Shown: in pieces, positions 17,229-26,180 of the stretch
Layout of the letters: each line of letters opens with the position of its first letter
Numbering within the stretch: the first letter of the stretch is position 1
Source: an uncultured Lysobacter sp.
Lineage (GTDB): Bacteria > Pseudomonadota > Gammaproteobacteria > Burkholderiales > Usitatibacteraceae
NCBI GenBank assembly: GCA_964576455.1
Contig: CAZNWZ010000001.1
Span: forward strand, 1-60,997
Reading direction: 5' to 3'
DNA: 60,997 nt
Position numbers and translations under genes: made by a program
Notes under the pieces: model-generated
Told to the model about the DNA's origin: nothing
Database searches by the model: none
Seen by the model: only the letters and a program-made list of their open reading frames with translations

Positions 17229-19537
17229 CGGCCGGCGCGGGCAGCGCGACCCTTTCCCGCCGCCTCCCGGCGTGGCGCGCCTGGGCGCGCGAGCGCGGCC
17301 GGGCGCTCCTCGGGGCCGTTCCGCGCGATCCCGACGAGGCCGCCAATCTCTCGATCCTGGTGCTGGGCACGGGGATCGTGTTCTACGTCGTGAGCCTTCG
17401 CGAGGCGCACTTCCCGGGCTTGCTCCAGCTGGCCGCCGGCTGGGCCTGCCTCGGCGCGCTCTTCGTCCTGGACCTCTTCCGGCGCTCGCGCGAGGCCCCG
17501 TGGCGCTTCGTCTTCATCCTCGTCGCCGCCTTCCTCGCGCTGCGCTACCTCTGGTGGCGCGCCTTCGAGACCCTCATCTACACCAACGCCGTCGATTTCG
17601 CGGGCATGGCGCTGCTCTTCCTCGCCGAGGTGTACTCGCTCAGCCTGCACCTGCTGAGCCTGTTCGTGAACGCCTCGCCGCTCGTGCGCGCCCCGGCCCC
17701 GCTGCCGGCGGACCGCTCGCAGTGGCCGAGCGTGGACGTGTTCATCCCCACCTACGGCGAGGACCCGGAGATCGTGCGCGTGACGGCGCTCGCCGCCACG
17801 CAGATCGACTACCCGCGCGAGAAGTTGCGCGTGTGGATCCTCGACGACGGCGGCACGCTCGCCCGGCGCCGCCATCCGGAGCACGGGGCCGAGGCCTGGC
17901 AGCGCCGCTACCGGCTCGTCGAGATGGCCCGCCAGCTCGGCGTGGAGTACCTCACGCGCGAGACCAACCGGCAGGCCAAGGCGGGCAACCTCAACCACGC
18001 GCTCACCCGCTCGGACGGCGAGCTGGTCCTGTTCCTCGACTGCGACCACGTCCCGACCGCCGACATCCTGCAGGAGACGGCGGGCCACTTCCTGCGGGAC
18101 CCGAAGCTCTTCCTCGTGCAGACGCCGCACTTCTTCGCCAACGCCGCCCCGGCCGAGCGCAGCCTCGGCGGCGACGCGCCGGTGCCGGACGAGAGCGAGA
18201 TGTTCTACCGCGTGATCCACCCCGGGATGGACAACTGGAACGCGAGCTACTTCTGCGGCTCGGCCGCGATCATGCGCCGCGCGATGCTCGAGGAGATCGG
18301 CGGCGTGAGCGGGCAGTCGATCACCGAGGACGCCGAGACCGCCTTCGAGCTGCACCGGCGGGGCTACCGCAGCGCCTACGTGAACCGGCCCATGGTCTGC
18401 GGCCTCGCCCCGGAGGCCTACGCCGACTACGCCGTGCAGCACACGCGCTGGGCGCAGGGCATGACGCAGATATTCATCCTGCACAACCCCGTGTTCTGCC
18501 GCGGCCTGTCGGTCGCGCAGCGGCTGTGCTACGTGAACATCTGCCTGTTCTGGTTCTTCGGCATCGCGCGCGTCATCTACTTCCTCGCCCCGGCGGCCTT
18601 CCTGATCTTCGGCCTGGCCATCTACCACGCCTCGGCGCCGCAGGTGCTGGCCTATGCCCTGCCGTACGTCCTGTCGACCTTCCTCGTGTCCGATTTCCTG
18701 TTCGGCCGGACGCGGCGCCCGCTCTTCTCCGAGATCTACGAGAGCGTGCAGTCGGTCTTCCTGGCGCCCGCCGTGCTGGGGGTGCTGCGCAACCCGCGCC
18801 GGCCCACCTTCAAGGTGACGCCCAAGGGGACGGGCTTCCAGAAGGAGCAGCTCAACGCGCTCTCGTTCTTCTTCTTCGCGATCCTGTGCCTCAACGCGGC
18901 CGCCGCGTTCTCCGGCCTCACGCGCATCTGGCTGCAGCCGGAGTTCCGGGAGACCGTCTACGTGACGCTGGGCTGGTGCCTCTACAACGTCTACCTGTGC
19001 ATCGTGACGCTGGGCGCCCTGTGGGAGCGCCGGCAGGCACGCCGCCACCACCGGCTCACGGTCTCCGGGCAGGCCATGGTCCAGTTCCCGCGCGTGCGCG
19101 CGCGCGTCGCGGTGGACCTGGTGGACCTCTCCCTCTCCGGGCTGGGGTTCGTCTCCCGATTCGACTTCGAGGTGAAGGACCGCGAGCGCATCGTCGTCGA
19201 GGCCGCGAGCGCGGACGGGCTGGTCAGCTACTTCGAGGCCGAGGTGCGGCGCTTCGACAGCCGCGGCGGGCGCACGCTCTGCGGGGCGCACTTCCTCACG
19301 CCCCCGCAGACCTTCCCCGACGTGGTGCACTACGTGTACGGCGACAGCGCGCGCTGGCTCGCGGTGTGGGACGCGCGGGAGCGGGGCACGACCTTCGGCG
19401 CTGTGCTGGGCGGGCTCACGCGCATGGGCCTGCGCGGCGCCTGGGTCTGCCTCACCTTCGTGGCCCGCTTCGCGTGGGAGCGGGTCCGCGGCCTCGCCGC
19501 CGGGCGGACCGTTCGCGCCGGGGAGGCCCGGCCGTGA
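17225..19537 (+). CDS. bcsA: Cellulose synthase catalytic subunit [UDP-forming] with C-terminal PilZ domain, 770 aa
   Basis: GT2 motifs present are DCDH, QTPHFF, YFCGS, ITEDAET (TED) and QHTRWAQG (QxxRW). The PilZ c-di-GMP motifs are RRQARRHHR and DLSLSG. There are multiple TM helices. Confidence 0.92.
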   Translation: MTAGAGSATLSRRLPAWRAWARERGRALLGAVPRDPDEAANLSILVLGTGIVFYVVSLREAHFPGLLQLAAGWACLGALFVLDLFRRSREAPWRFVFILVAAFLALRYLWWRAFETLIYTNAVDFAGMALLFLAEVYSLSLHLLSLFVNASPLVRAPAPLPADRSQWPSVDVFIPTYGEDPEIVRVTALAATQIDYPREKLRVWILDDGGTLARRRHPEHGAEAWQRRYRLVEMARQLGVEYLTRETNRQAKAGNLNHALTRSDGELVLFLDCDHVPTADILQETAGHFLRDPKLFLVQTPHFFANAAPAERSLGGDAPVPDESEMFYRVIHPGMDNWNASYFCGSAAIMRRAMLEEIGGVSGQSITEDAETAFELHRRGYRSAYVNRPMVCGLAPEAYADYAVQHTRWAQGMTQIFILHNPVFCRGLSVAQRLCYVNICLFWFFGIARVIYFLAPAAFLIFGLAIYHASAPQVLAYALPYVLSTFLVSDFLFGRTRRPLFSEIYESVQSVFLAPAVLGVLRNPRRPTFKVTPKGTGFQKEQLNALSFFFFAILCLNAAAAFSGLTRIWLQPEFRETVYVTLGWCLYNVYLCIVTLGALWERRQARRHHRLTVSGQAMVQFPRVRARVAVDLVDLSLSGLGFVSRFDFEVKDRERIVVEAASADGLVSYFEAEVRRFDSRGGRTLCGAHFLTPPQTFPDVVHYVYGDSARWLAVWDARERGTTFGAVLGGLTRMGLRGAWVCLTFVARFAWERVRGLAAGRTVRAGEARP

Positions 19538-21660
19538 CCCGCCTCGCCCCGCTGCTCCTCGCGCTCCTCGCCCTCGCCGCCCCGGCCGCCGCGGAGACGA
19601 TCAAGCTGCGCCTGCAGGACCTCACGCCCCTCAAGAAGCTCGAGCTGCGCTGCGTGAGCGACGAGAAGGAGATCTCGGTGCCGGTGCCGGAGCGCTGGAC
19701 GGTCCGGCGCCTGGAGCTGCACCTGCGCTACACCGTCTCGACGAACCTGCTCCCGGACACCTCCCAGCTGGTCGTGAAGATGGCCGGCCAGCCGGTGGCG
19801 CAGGCGCGGCTCAACCCGGTGGCCCCGGAGGTGAAGCTGGGCATCGAGATCCCCACCAGCCTCATCGTGCCGGGCTACAACAGCCTGTCCTTCCACGTCG
19901 CGCAGCACTTCTCGCGCAACCAGTGCGAGAGCCCCTGCGCGCCGGACCTGTGGACGAACATCTCGCTGCGCGACTCCTGGATCGAGATGCAGTACGAGTG
20001 GAAGGACGTCCCGCTGCGGCTGTCGGCGCTTTCGAGCTTCGTCTTCGACCCCAGGCTCATGCCCGCCGGCGACGTGCACATCGTCACGGAGGACGATTCC
20101 GCCCGCAGCGCCACGATCGCCGGCATCGTCGCCTCGGGCATCGCCCGCCGCTTCGACTACCGGCAGGTGAGCTTCACCGTCTCGCGCCGGCTCCGGCCCG
20201 GGGTGGACAACGTCGTGGTCGGCAAGCGCCCGTTCGTCGCGCGCCTGCTCGGCGAGGGCGCCTCCCTGCCGGCGGCCAAGGGCGGGCTGCTGCGCGTGGC
20301 GCCCATGGTGGGCGAGGCAGGCGCGCCGGACCCGAAGCGGGCGCTCCTCGCCGTGACGGGGGAGACCGACGAGGCCGTGAAGATCGCGGCCATCACCTTC
20401 ACGAACATCAGCTTCCGCTTCCCCGGCTCGCAGGAGCTCGAGGCCTTCGGCTTCACGATCCCCGAGGTGCGGCAGTACAGCGGCCGCGAGACCATCGCGA
20501 CCGACCAGGTCTACGAGTTCTCCACGCTCAACTTCCCCAGCCAGAGCTTCGTGGGCGTGAACCCCGGCTCGCGCGGCATCACCTTCCGCCTGCCGCCGGA
20601 CTTCCACATCCGCCCCAACCAGTACGCCAAGCTCTCGCTGAACTTCTCCTACGGCGCGGGCCTGAAGAACGACTCCTCGTTCTCCATTTCCGTGAACGGC
20701 CGGGGCGTGCGGGCGGTGGCCCTCGACAGCCCCTCGGGCAACTTCATCGACGGCTACAAGCTCGACATCCCGACCTACGTGTTCAAGCCGGGGACGAACA
20801 CGATCGAGTTCGCGGCGAACCTGCACGCCCCGGGGCAGGTCTGCGACCTCATCCAGCCCGACGGGCTCTTCCTGACGCTCTACGGCAATTCCACGATCTC
20901 GTTCCCGCCGATGCCCCACTTCGTGGAGATGCCGCGGCTGGAGCTGTTCATGCACAGCGGCTTCCCCCTCACTCGCTGGCCCGACGGCCACGAGGCCAAG
21001 GTCTGGCTCACCGAGAAGGACGACCGGGTGCTCGCCGCCGCGCTGAACGTGCTGGGGGTGGCCACGCAGCGCAACGGCTTCCCGCTCTTCGAGATGGAGC
21101 TCACGCACGAGCGCCCGTCCGGCGAGGCGGAGGTGCTGGTCGTCGGGCGCATGGGGACCCTCGGCGCCGAGGTGCTGAAGGCCGCGCCGCTCAAGGTCGC
21201 CGACAGCGAGGCCCTCGTGCCCTATCCCGTCGTCCGCGGGTGGAACACCGAGAACACCGCCGCGGCCACGAGCCGGCAGAAGGGGGCCCTCGGCACCGGC
21301 CGGGGGCTGCTCATGCAGTTCCAGTCGCCGTGGTTCGCCGGCCGCACCGTGACGCTCCTCACGGCGGAGCGGGCGGAGGACCTGCTCGCGGCGAGCGCGC
21401 TGCTCACGAACGCCGCCGTGCAGGGACAGACCCAGGGCGACCTCGTCCTCATCGAGCCGACGGAGGCCGAGCCGCTCGTGAGCGCGATGAACTCCGGCGC
21501 GCGCTACGCGACGGGCAAGAAGGGCAGCTACTCGCCGCTCGAGTCGTTCCTCTACACCCGCCCTGAGGCCTACTACGCGGCCGCCGGCATCGGCCTGCTC
21601 CTGCTCTGCGTGGGGGTGTTCTTCGGGCTCAGGCGCTGGCGCGCCCGCCGCACGGGCTGA
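19534..21660 (+). CDS. bcsB: Cellulose synthase regulatory subunit BcsB, paralogue 2, 708 aa
   Basis: The GTG start overlaps the bcsA stop (GTGA), and the signal peptide is LLLALLALAAPAAA. BcsB-like strings include LELHLRYTVSTNLLPDTSQLVVKMAGQPV. There is a C-terminal TM anchor (AAAGIGLLLLCVGVFFGL). GC is clearly lower than in paralogue 1. Confidence 0.8.
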   Translation: MTRLAPLLLALLALAAPAAAETIKLRLQDLTPLKKLELRCVSDEKEISVPVPERWTVRRLELHLRYTVSTNLLPDTSQLVVKMAGQPVAQARLNPVAPEVKLGIEIPTSLIVPGYNSLSFHVAQHFSRNQCESPCAPDLWTNISLRDSWIEMQYEWKDVPLRLSALSSFVFDPRLMPAGDVHIVTEDDSARSATIAGIVASGIARRFDYRQVSFTVSRRLRPGVDNVVVGKRPFVARLLGEGASLPAAKGGLLRVAPMVGEAGAPDPKRALLAVTGETDEAVKIAAITFTNISFRFPGSQELEAFGFTIPEVRQYSGRETIATDQVYEFSTLNFPSQSFVGVNPGSRGITFRLPPDFHIRPNQYAKLSLNFSYGAGLKNDSSFSISVNGRGVRAVALDSPSGNFIDGYKLDIPTYVFKPGTNTIEFAANLHAPGQVCDLIQPDGLFLTLYGNSTISFPPMPHFVEMPRLELFMHSGFPLTRWPDGHEAKVWLTEKDDRVLAAALNVLGVATQRNGFPLFEMELTHERPSGEAEVLVVGRMGTLGAEVLKAAPLKVADSEALVPYPVVRGWNTENTAAATSRQKGALGTGRGLLMQFQSPWFAGRTVTLLTAERAEDLLAASALLTNAAVQGQTQGDLVLIEPTEAEPLVSAMNSGARYATGKKGSYSPLESFLYTRPEAYYAAAGIGLLLLCVGVFFGLRRWRARRTG

Positions 21661-21682
21661 GCCGCGCGCAGGCGGCAGCGCC

Positions 21683-23521
21683 TCACTTCCTCTCGATCGA
21701 GTGCTCGATGGTGCGGCGCGAGTCGCCCGAGAGCTTGTCCCCGCCCCGGATCCAGAAGGCGGCGACCGCGACCAGCAGCACGGGCACCGCCACGTAGGCG
21801 GCGATCTTCCAGGCGGGCGTCGGCGGCTTCGCGGCGGGCGCTTCCTGCGGGCGGTTGCGGTCGAGCTCGATCTCCTTCGGGTCCCAGAAGACCGTGTAGC
21901 CCTTGAAGGGCATGCTCTTGCCCTTGAGCGTCACCTCGCGGTCGAAGCGCGCGTAGAACTCGCTCTTGTCGCCGACCGCGTTGAAGGTGTCCTCCGAGAC
22001 GAAGATCTCGCCGGGGTGGGCGGAGGACTCGAAGCGCGAGGCGGTGTTCACCACGTCGCCGAAGATGTCGTTCTTCTCCAGGATGCACTCGCCCGTGTGC
22101 ATGCCGATGCGCGCGAGGAGCAGCGTCTTGTACTTGCCGGAGAGGTTGATCTCCTCCATGCCGCGCTGGATGTCGCAGGCCGCGCGGCAGGCCGCCGCCG
22201 CGTCCGCGAAGTGCGAGAGGGAGCCGTCGCCGATCGTCTTCACCAGGGTGCCGCCGTGCCGGTTCACGGCGATGAGGCACAGGTCGTGGTACTTCTTGAG
22301 CATCGCGCGCACCGCGATGTCGCCCGCGGACTCGGCGATGGCGGTCGAGCCCTTGAGGTCCGTGAACATCACCGTGAGGACCTTCTGGAACTTCTCCTGC
22401 AGCGCCTTCTCGATCCTCTCGCGCTGCTCCAGGAACGACGAGATGTCCTGCGTGTTGGGCGACCCGGTGAGGCCGGTCCCGGCGGGGGCGGCCGGCGCGG
22501 CCGGCGCCGTGGCGGGGGCGGTCGGGGGAGCGGTCGGGGATGCGGCGGCGGGCGCCTTCGTCGTCGCGGGCCCCGCCGGGGCCGGGGCCTGGCCGCCCCC
22601 GAAGGCGTCGAGCTCGAAGTCCGGCGGCGGCGCGGCCGGGGCCGCCTGCTCGCCCAGGATGCGGCTGCGCCACTCGGCGACGTTCTGGGGCCGCTGCTTC
22701 TCGTCGAGCTGCAGGGCCCAGGCGATCGCGTCCAGGAACTCGTCCCCGTGGCGGCCGTGAGCCCGCGCGAGGATGTCGGCGACGTTGTCCTCGCGCATGC
22801 GCGTGAGCGCGTCCGGGGGGTTCTCCCCGGTGACCGCGAAGAATGCGACGCCCCCCAGGGCGTAGATGTCGGACCAGGGTCCCTGGTGCGACTTGGTCGT
22901 GTACTGCTCGAACGGCGCGTAGCCGGGCGTGACCAGGGCCGTGAGGGTGCGCATCGTCGGCCCCTTGGCCGCGCGCGCCGACCCGAAGTCGAGCAGCACG
23001 GGCGTGCCGTCCGTGCGCAGGAAGATGTTGTCCGGCTTGATGTCGCGGTGCAGGAACCCCGCCTCGTGGACCTTGGCGAGGCCGCTCAGGATCGGGGCGA
23101 GCAGGGCCTTGATCTCGGCCTCCGAGGGCAGGGGGTGCTTCTCGAGCCAGGTCTTGAGCGACTCGCCCTCCTCGTAGTCCATCACCATGTAGCCGGTGCC
23201 GTGGGCCTTGAAGTAGCGGTTCACCCGGATGATGTTCGGGTGGCTGAAGCCGGCGAGGGTGCGGGCCTCCTTGAGGAAGCGGTCGAGGCCGGACTGGTAG
23301 TCCTCGGTCCGCTCCGTGTTGGTGATGGCCACGGTGGTGCCGTCCACGCGCGCCACGTCGCCGGCGGGGAAGAACTCCTTGATCGCGACGTCCTTCTCGA
23401 GCAGCGTGTCGCGCGCGAGGTAGGTGATGCCGAAGCCGCCCACGCCAAGGATGGCGGTGAGCCGGTACTCCATGAGCATGGAGTCCAGCGGAAGCGTGTT
23501 GGTATATTGGGTCTGCGCCAT
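21683..23521 (-). CDS. Ser/Thr protein kinase fused to a class III adenylate/guanylate cyclase domain, with a C-terminal TM anchor, 612 aa
   Basis: It starts at an internal ATG of the 1411-aa ORF. Kinase motifs are the G-loop GVGGFGITY, VAIKEF, HRDIKPDN and DFGSAR. A Pro/Ala linker follows. Cyclase motifs are MFTDLKGST, VKTIGDG and NDIFGDVVNTASRFES. The tail TM helix is IAAYVAVPVLLVAVAAFWI. Confidence 0.85.
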   Translation of the reverse strand: MAQTQYTNTLPLDSMLMEYRLTAILGVGGFGITYLARDTLLEKDVAIKEFFPAGDVARVDGTTVAITNTERTEDYQSGLDRFLKEARTLAGFSHPNIIRVNRYFKAHGTGYMVMDYEEGESLKTWLEKHPLPSEAEIKALLAPILSGLAKVHEAGFLHRDIKPDNIFLRTDGTPVLLDFGSARAAKGPTMRTLTALVTPGYAPFEQYTTKSHQGPWSDIYALGGVAFFAVTGENPPDALTRMREDNVADILARAHGRHGDEFLDAIAWALQLDEKQRPQNVAEWRSRILGEQAAPAAPPPDFELDAFGGGQAPAPAGPATTKAPAAASPTAPPTAPATAPAAPAAPAGTGLTGSPNTQDISSFLEQRERIEKALQEKFQKVLTVMFTDLKGSTAIAESAGDIAVRAMLKKYHDLCLIAVNRHGGTLVKTIGDGSLSHFADAAAACRAACDIQRGMEEINLSGKYKTLLLARIGMHTGECILEKNDIFGDVVNTASRFESSAHPGEIFVSEDTFNAVGDKSEFYARFDREVTLKGKSMPFKGYTVFWDPKEIELDRNRPQEAPAAKPPTPAWKIAAYVAVPVLLVAVAAFWIRGGDKLSGDSRRTIEHSIERK

Positions 23522-23740
23522 GTCGGTCGGTCTTCGTCGCCCCCCGGCGACGGCCGCCCGGGAACTCCGGGGCAGGCGCGCGGTCGGAAGACTGTCGGGC
23601 CGGATCCGGCAGGATACGCCCGCCGCCATCATAATCCGGGGCACGCGTTTGCGCGCGCCTCCGGCAGACCCCCGCCAGAGGGGGCGAGGCACTCTCCTCC
23701 ACGCGAGCCGCAGGTTTCCCACCCACCGGGAGAGCAGACC

Positions 23741-25000
23741 ATGGCCGACCTTCCCTTTCTGCCCGCGTGGCCGCTCACGCTCAGCTATCCGCTGCTCTTC
23801 GGCGTCCTGCTGGTCGCGGGCATGCTCGGCGGCGAGGCGGCGCGCCGGCTTCGCCTGCCGCGCATAATCGGCTACGTGCTGGTGGGCTTGGCCATCGCCC
23901 CCGTGGCCGCCGCGATGAACCTCGGGCCGCTGCTCGAGGAGGCGCGCATGTTCGTCGACATCGCGATGGGGCTCGTGCTCTTCGAGGTGGGCCGGCGCCT
24001 GGACCTCGGCTGGCTCCGGCGCGACTGGACCCTCGCCGCCACGAGCGTGGGCGAATGCGCCCTCGTCTTCGGCCTCGTCTTCGCAGCCCTCTCGGCGCTC
24101 GACTTCACGCCTCTGCAGGCGGGCCTCGCGGCCGCGATCGCGATGGCCACCTCGCCCGCCGTGGTGCTCCTGGTGGCGCAGGACACGCGCGCCGAGGGCC
24201 AGGTGACCGAGCGCGCCTTCGCGCTGGTCGCGCTCAACGGCCTCATCGCCTCGGTGGTGGTCACCATGCTCCTCGCCACGGTGCACTACGAGGTGCGCCT
24301 GGACCTCACCCGCGCGGTGCTGCACCCGCTCTACCTCTTCGCCGGCTCCCTCGCGCTGGGCGGGGCGGTGGCCTCCCTCGCGCGCGCGCTCGCCGGCCGG
24401 CTCGAGCGCAGCCCCGAGCTGCACTTCACGCTCGTCGCGGGCCTGGTCGTGGCCGCCGTGGGCCTGGCTCAGGCCGCGAAGCTCTCCGTGATCCTCGCGC
24501 TCCTCGCCTTCGGCATGTTCTCGCGGGGCGAGGGCCGCGGCCACGAGCTGATGGCGGTGGACCTGGGCCGGGCCTCGCGCCTGTTCTACGTGGTGCTCTT
24601 CGTGATCACCGGCGCGAGCCTTCCGCTGTCGGCCTTCGAGGCGGCGGGGTGGGCGGCCGCGGCGTTCGTCGTCGCCCGCGCCGCGGGCAAGTTCCTGGGG
24701 GTGCTCGCCGTCGCGCCCCTGGGCGGGCTGCGCGCGCGCCAGGCCGTGGCCCTGGGCGCGACGCTGCTGCCCCTGTCGTCCCTCGCGCTGCTGCTGCAGC
24801 ACGACGTCACGCGGCTCTATCCGGAGTTCGGCCAGCAGCTCGCGGCCGTGCTCCTCGCCTCGCTCGCCGTCATGGAGCTGGCCGGCCCGCTGGCGGTGCA
24901 ATGGGGGCTGCGGTTCGCGAGGGAAGCGGCCCCGGCCCCGCCACCGGCCGCGACCGCCGCGCGGCCCGCGGACGCGGGCATCGCCGGCCAACCCCGATAG
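23741..25000 (+). CDS. Cation:proton antiporter (CPA2-type membrane domain only, no RCK/KTN domain), 419 aa
   Basis: It starts at an internal in-frame ATG of the 1099-aa ORF. It is polytopic and has the typical Na+/H+ exchanger N-terminus LLVAGMLGGEAARRLRLPRIIGYVLVGLAIAP. Confidence 0.75.
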   Translation: MADLPFLPAWPLTLSYPLLFGVLLVAGMLGGEAARRLRLPRIIGYVLVGLAIAPVAAAMNLGPLLEEARMFVDIAMGLVLFEVGRRLDLGWLRRDWTLAATSVGECALVFGLVFAALSALDFTPLQAGLAAAIAMATSPAVVLLVAQDTRAEGQVTERAFALVALNGLIASVVVTMLLATVHYEVRLDLTRAVLHPLYLFAGSLALGGAVASLARALAGRLERSPELHFTLVAGLVVAAVGLAQAAKLSVILALLAFGMFSRGEGRGHELMAVDLGRASRLFYVVLFVITGASLPLSAFEAAGWAAAAFVVARAAGKFLGVLAVAPLGGLRARQAVALGATLLPLSSLALLLQHDVTRLYPEFGQQLAAVLLASLAVMELAGPLAVQWGLRFAREAAPAPPPAATAARPADAGIAGQPR

Positions 25001-25009
25001 GAGGAACCC

Positions 25010-26179
25010 ATGCCCCTCGAATTCGGCCGGTCGGACGCCCTCACCTTCGGCGTCGAGCTGGAGCTCATGGTGCTCAACACGCGCGACTTCAACCTCACGC
25101 GCGGCGCGCCGGACCTGCTCGCGCGCCTCGCCAAGGCGCCGCTGCCCGGCGAGGTGAAGCCCGAGATCACCGAGAGCATGATCGAGGTGAACTCCACCGT
25201 GCACCGGCGCTTCGCCGAGCTGCGCGAGGAGCTCGTGCGCACGCGCGACGGCATCGTCGAGGCCGCCGGTCGGCTCAACCTCGCGGTGGCCGGCGGGGGC
25301 TCGCACCCCTTCCACCAGTGGAGCGAGCGGCGCATCTTCCCGACGGAGCGCTTCCTCAAGGTCTCGGCGCTCTACGGCTACCTCGCCAAGCAGTTCACCG
25401 TCTTCGGCCAGCACATCCACGTCGGCGTGGAGTCCGGCGACGACGCGGTGTACCTCACGCACCGGATGGCGCGCTACATCCCGCACTTCATCGCGCTGTC
25501 CGCCTCCTCGCCCTTCTACCAGGGCGAGGACACCTCGTTCGAGACCTCGCGCCTGCACGCGGTGTCGGCCTTCCCGCTGGCCGGGCACATGCCCCCGGTG
25601 GGGTCGTGGGCGGAGTTCAACCGCTACTTCGACGAGATGGCGGGCTACGGCATCGTCGCGAGCATGAAGGACTTCTACTGGGACATCCGCCCCAAGCCCG
25701 AGTACGGGACGATCGAGATCCGCATCGGCGACACCCCTCTCACCGTGTCGGCCGCGGCGGAGCTGGCGGCCTATGCCCAGACCCTGGCGGCGGACCTGCT
25801 CCGCAACCGCCGCGCGGGCCCGGTCGAGCCCCACTACCGCGTCTACGGCTACAACCGCTTCCAGGCCTGCCGCTTCGGCTTCGAGGCGATGCTCGCGGAC
25901 CCGGGCGCGCACACGCACATCCGCCTGCGCGAGGACCTCATGGCCACGCTCCTGCGCCTGCAGCGGCTCGGCGACGAGCTGGGGACGAGCGAGGCGCTGC
26001 GCGCGCTCGGCGACCGGGCCGACCGCGAGCTGAACGACAGCCGCTGGCTGCGGGAGCGCTTCCAGGAATCGGGGAGCCTCTCCGACGTGGTGCGCCTGCA
26101 GGCGGAGCGCTGGCGGGCGGACCCGGTGCCGGGCGCGACGACCGAGGCCGGGGCGTCGAGGCTTCGCGCCGCGAAGTGA
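25010..26179 (+). CDS. ybdK: YbdK-family carboxylate-amine ligase (glutamate-cysteine ligase family 2), 389 aa
   Basis: GCS2/YbdK family strings present are TFGVELELMVL, EITESMIEVNS, GGGSHPF, FGQHIHVGV, YWDIRPKPEYGTIEIRI. GGAGGA lies 5 nt upstream, 9 nt after the antiporter stop. Confidence 0.85.
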   Translation: MPLEFGRSDALTFGVELELMVLNTRDFNLTRGAPDLLARLAKAPLPGEVKPEITESMIEVNSTVHRRFAELREELVRTRDGIVEAAGRLNLAVAGGGSHPFHQWSERRIFPTERFLKVSALYGYLAKQFTVFGQHIHVGVESGDDAVYLTHRMARYIPHFIALSASSPFYQGEDTSFETSRLHAVSAFPLAGHMPPVGSWAEFNRYFDEMAGYGIVASMKDFYWDIRPKPEYGTIEIRIGDTPLTVSAAAELAAYAQTLAADLLRNRRAGPVEPHYRVYGYNRFQACRFGFEAMLADPGAHTHIRLREDLMATLLRLQRLGDELGTSEALRALGDRADRELNDSRWLRERFQESGSLSDVVRLQAERWRADPVPGATTEAGASRLRAAK

Positions 26180-26180
26180 G

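Noticed and set aside
17272-19533. The alternative-frame ORF 17272..21660 (1462 aa) covering bcsA.
   Set aside because: Only its last 708 aa (BcsB2, from GTG 19534) look like protein. The part overlapping bcsA is Arg/Pro/Gly-rich, whereas frame 17225 carries every BcsA motif.
23522-25918. The upstream 800 aa of the 1411-aa minus-strand ORF 21683..25918, and likewise the first 680 aa of plus-strand ORF 21701..25000.
   Set aside because: Both extensions are Arg/Gly/Glu/His-rich nonsense lying antisense to the real CPA2, YbdK or kinase genes. Recognisable domains start at internal ATGs 23521 (minus strand) and 23741 (plus strand).
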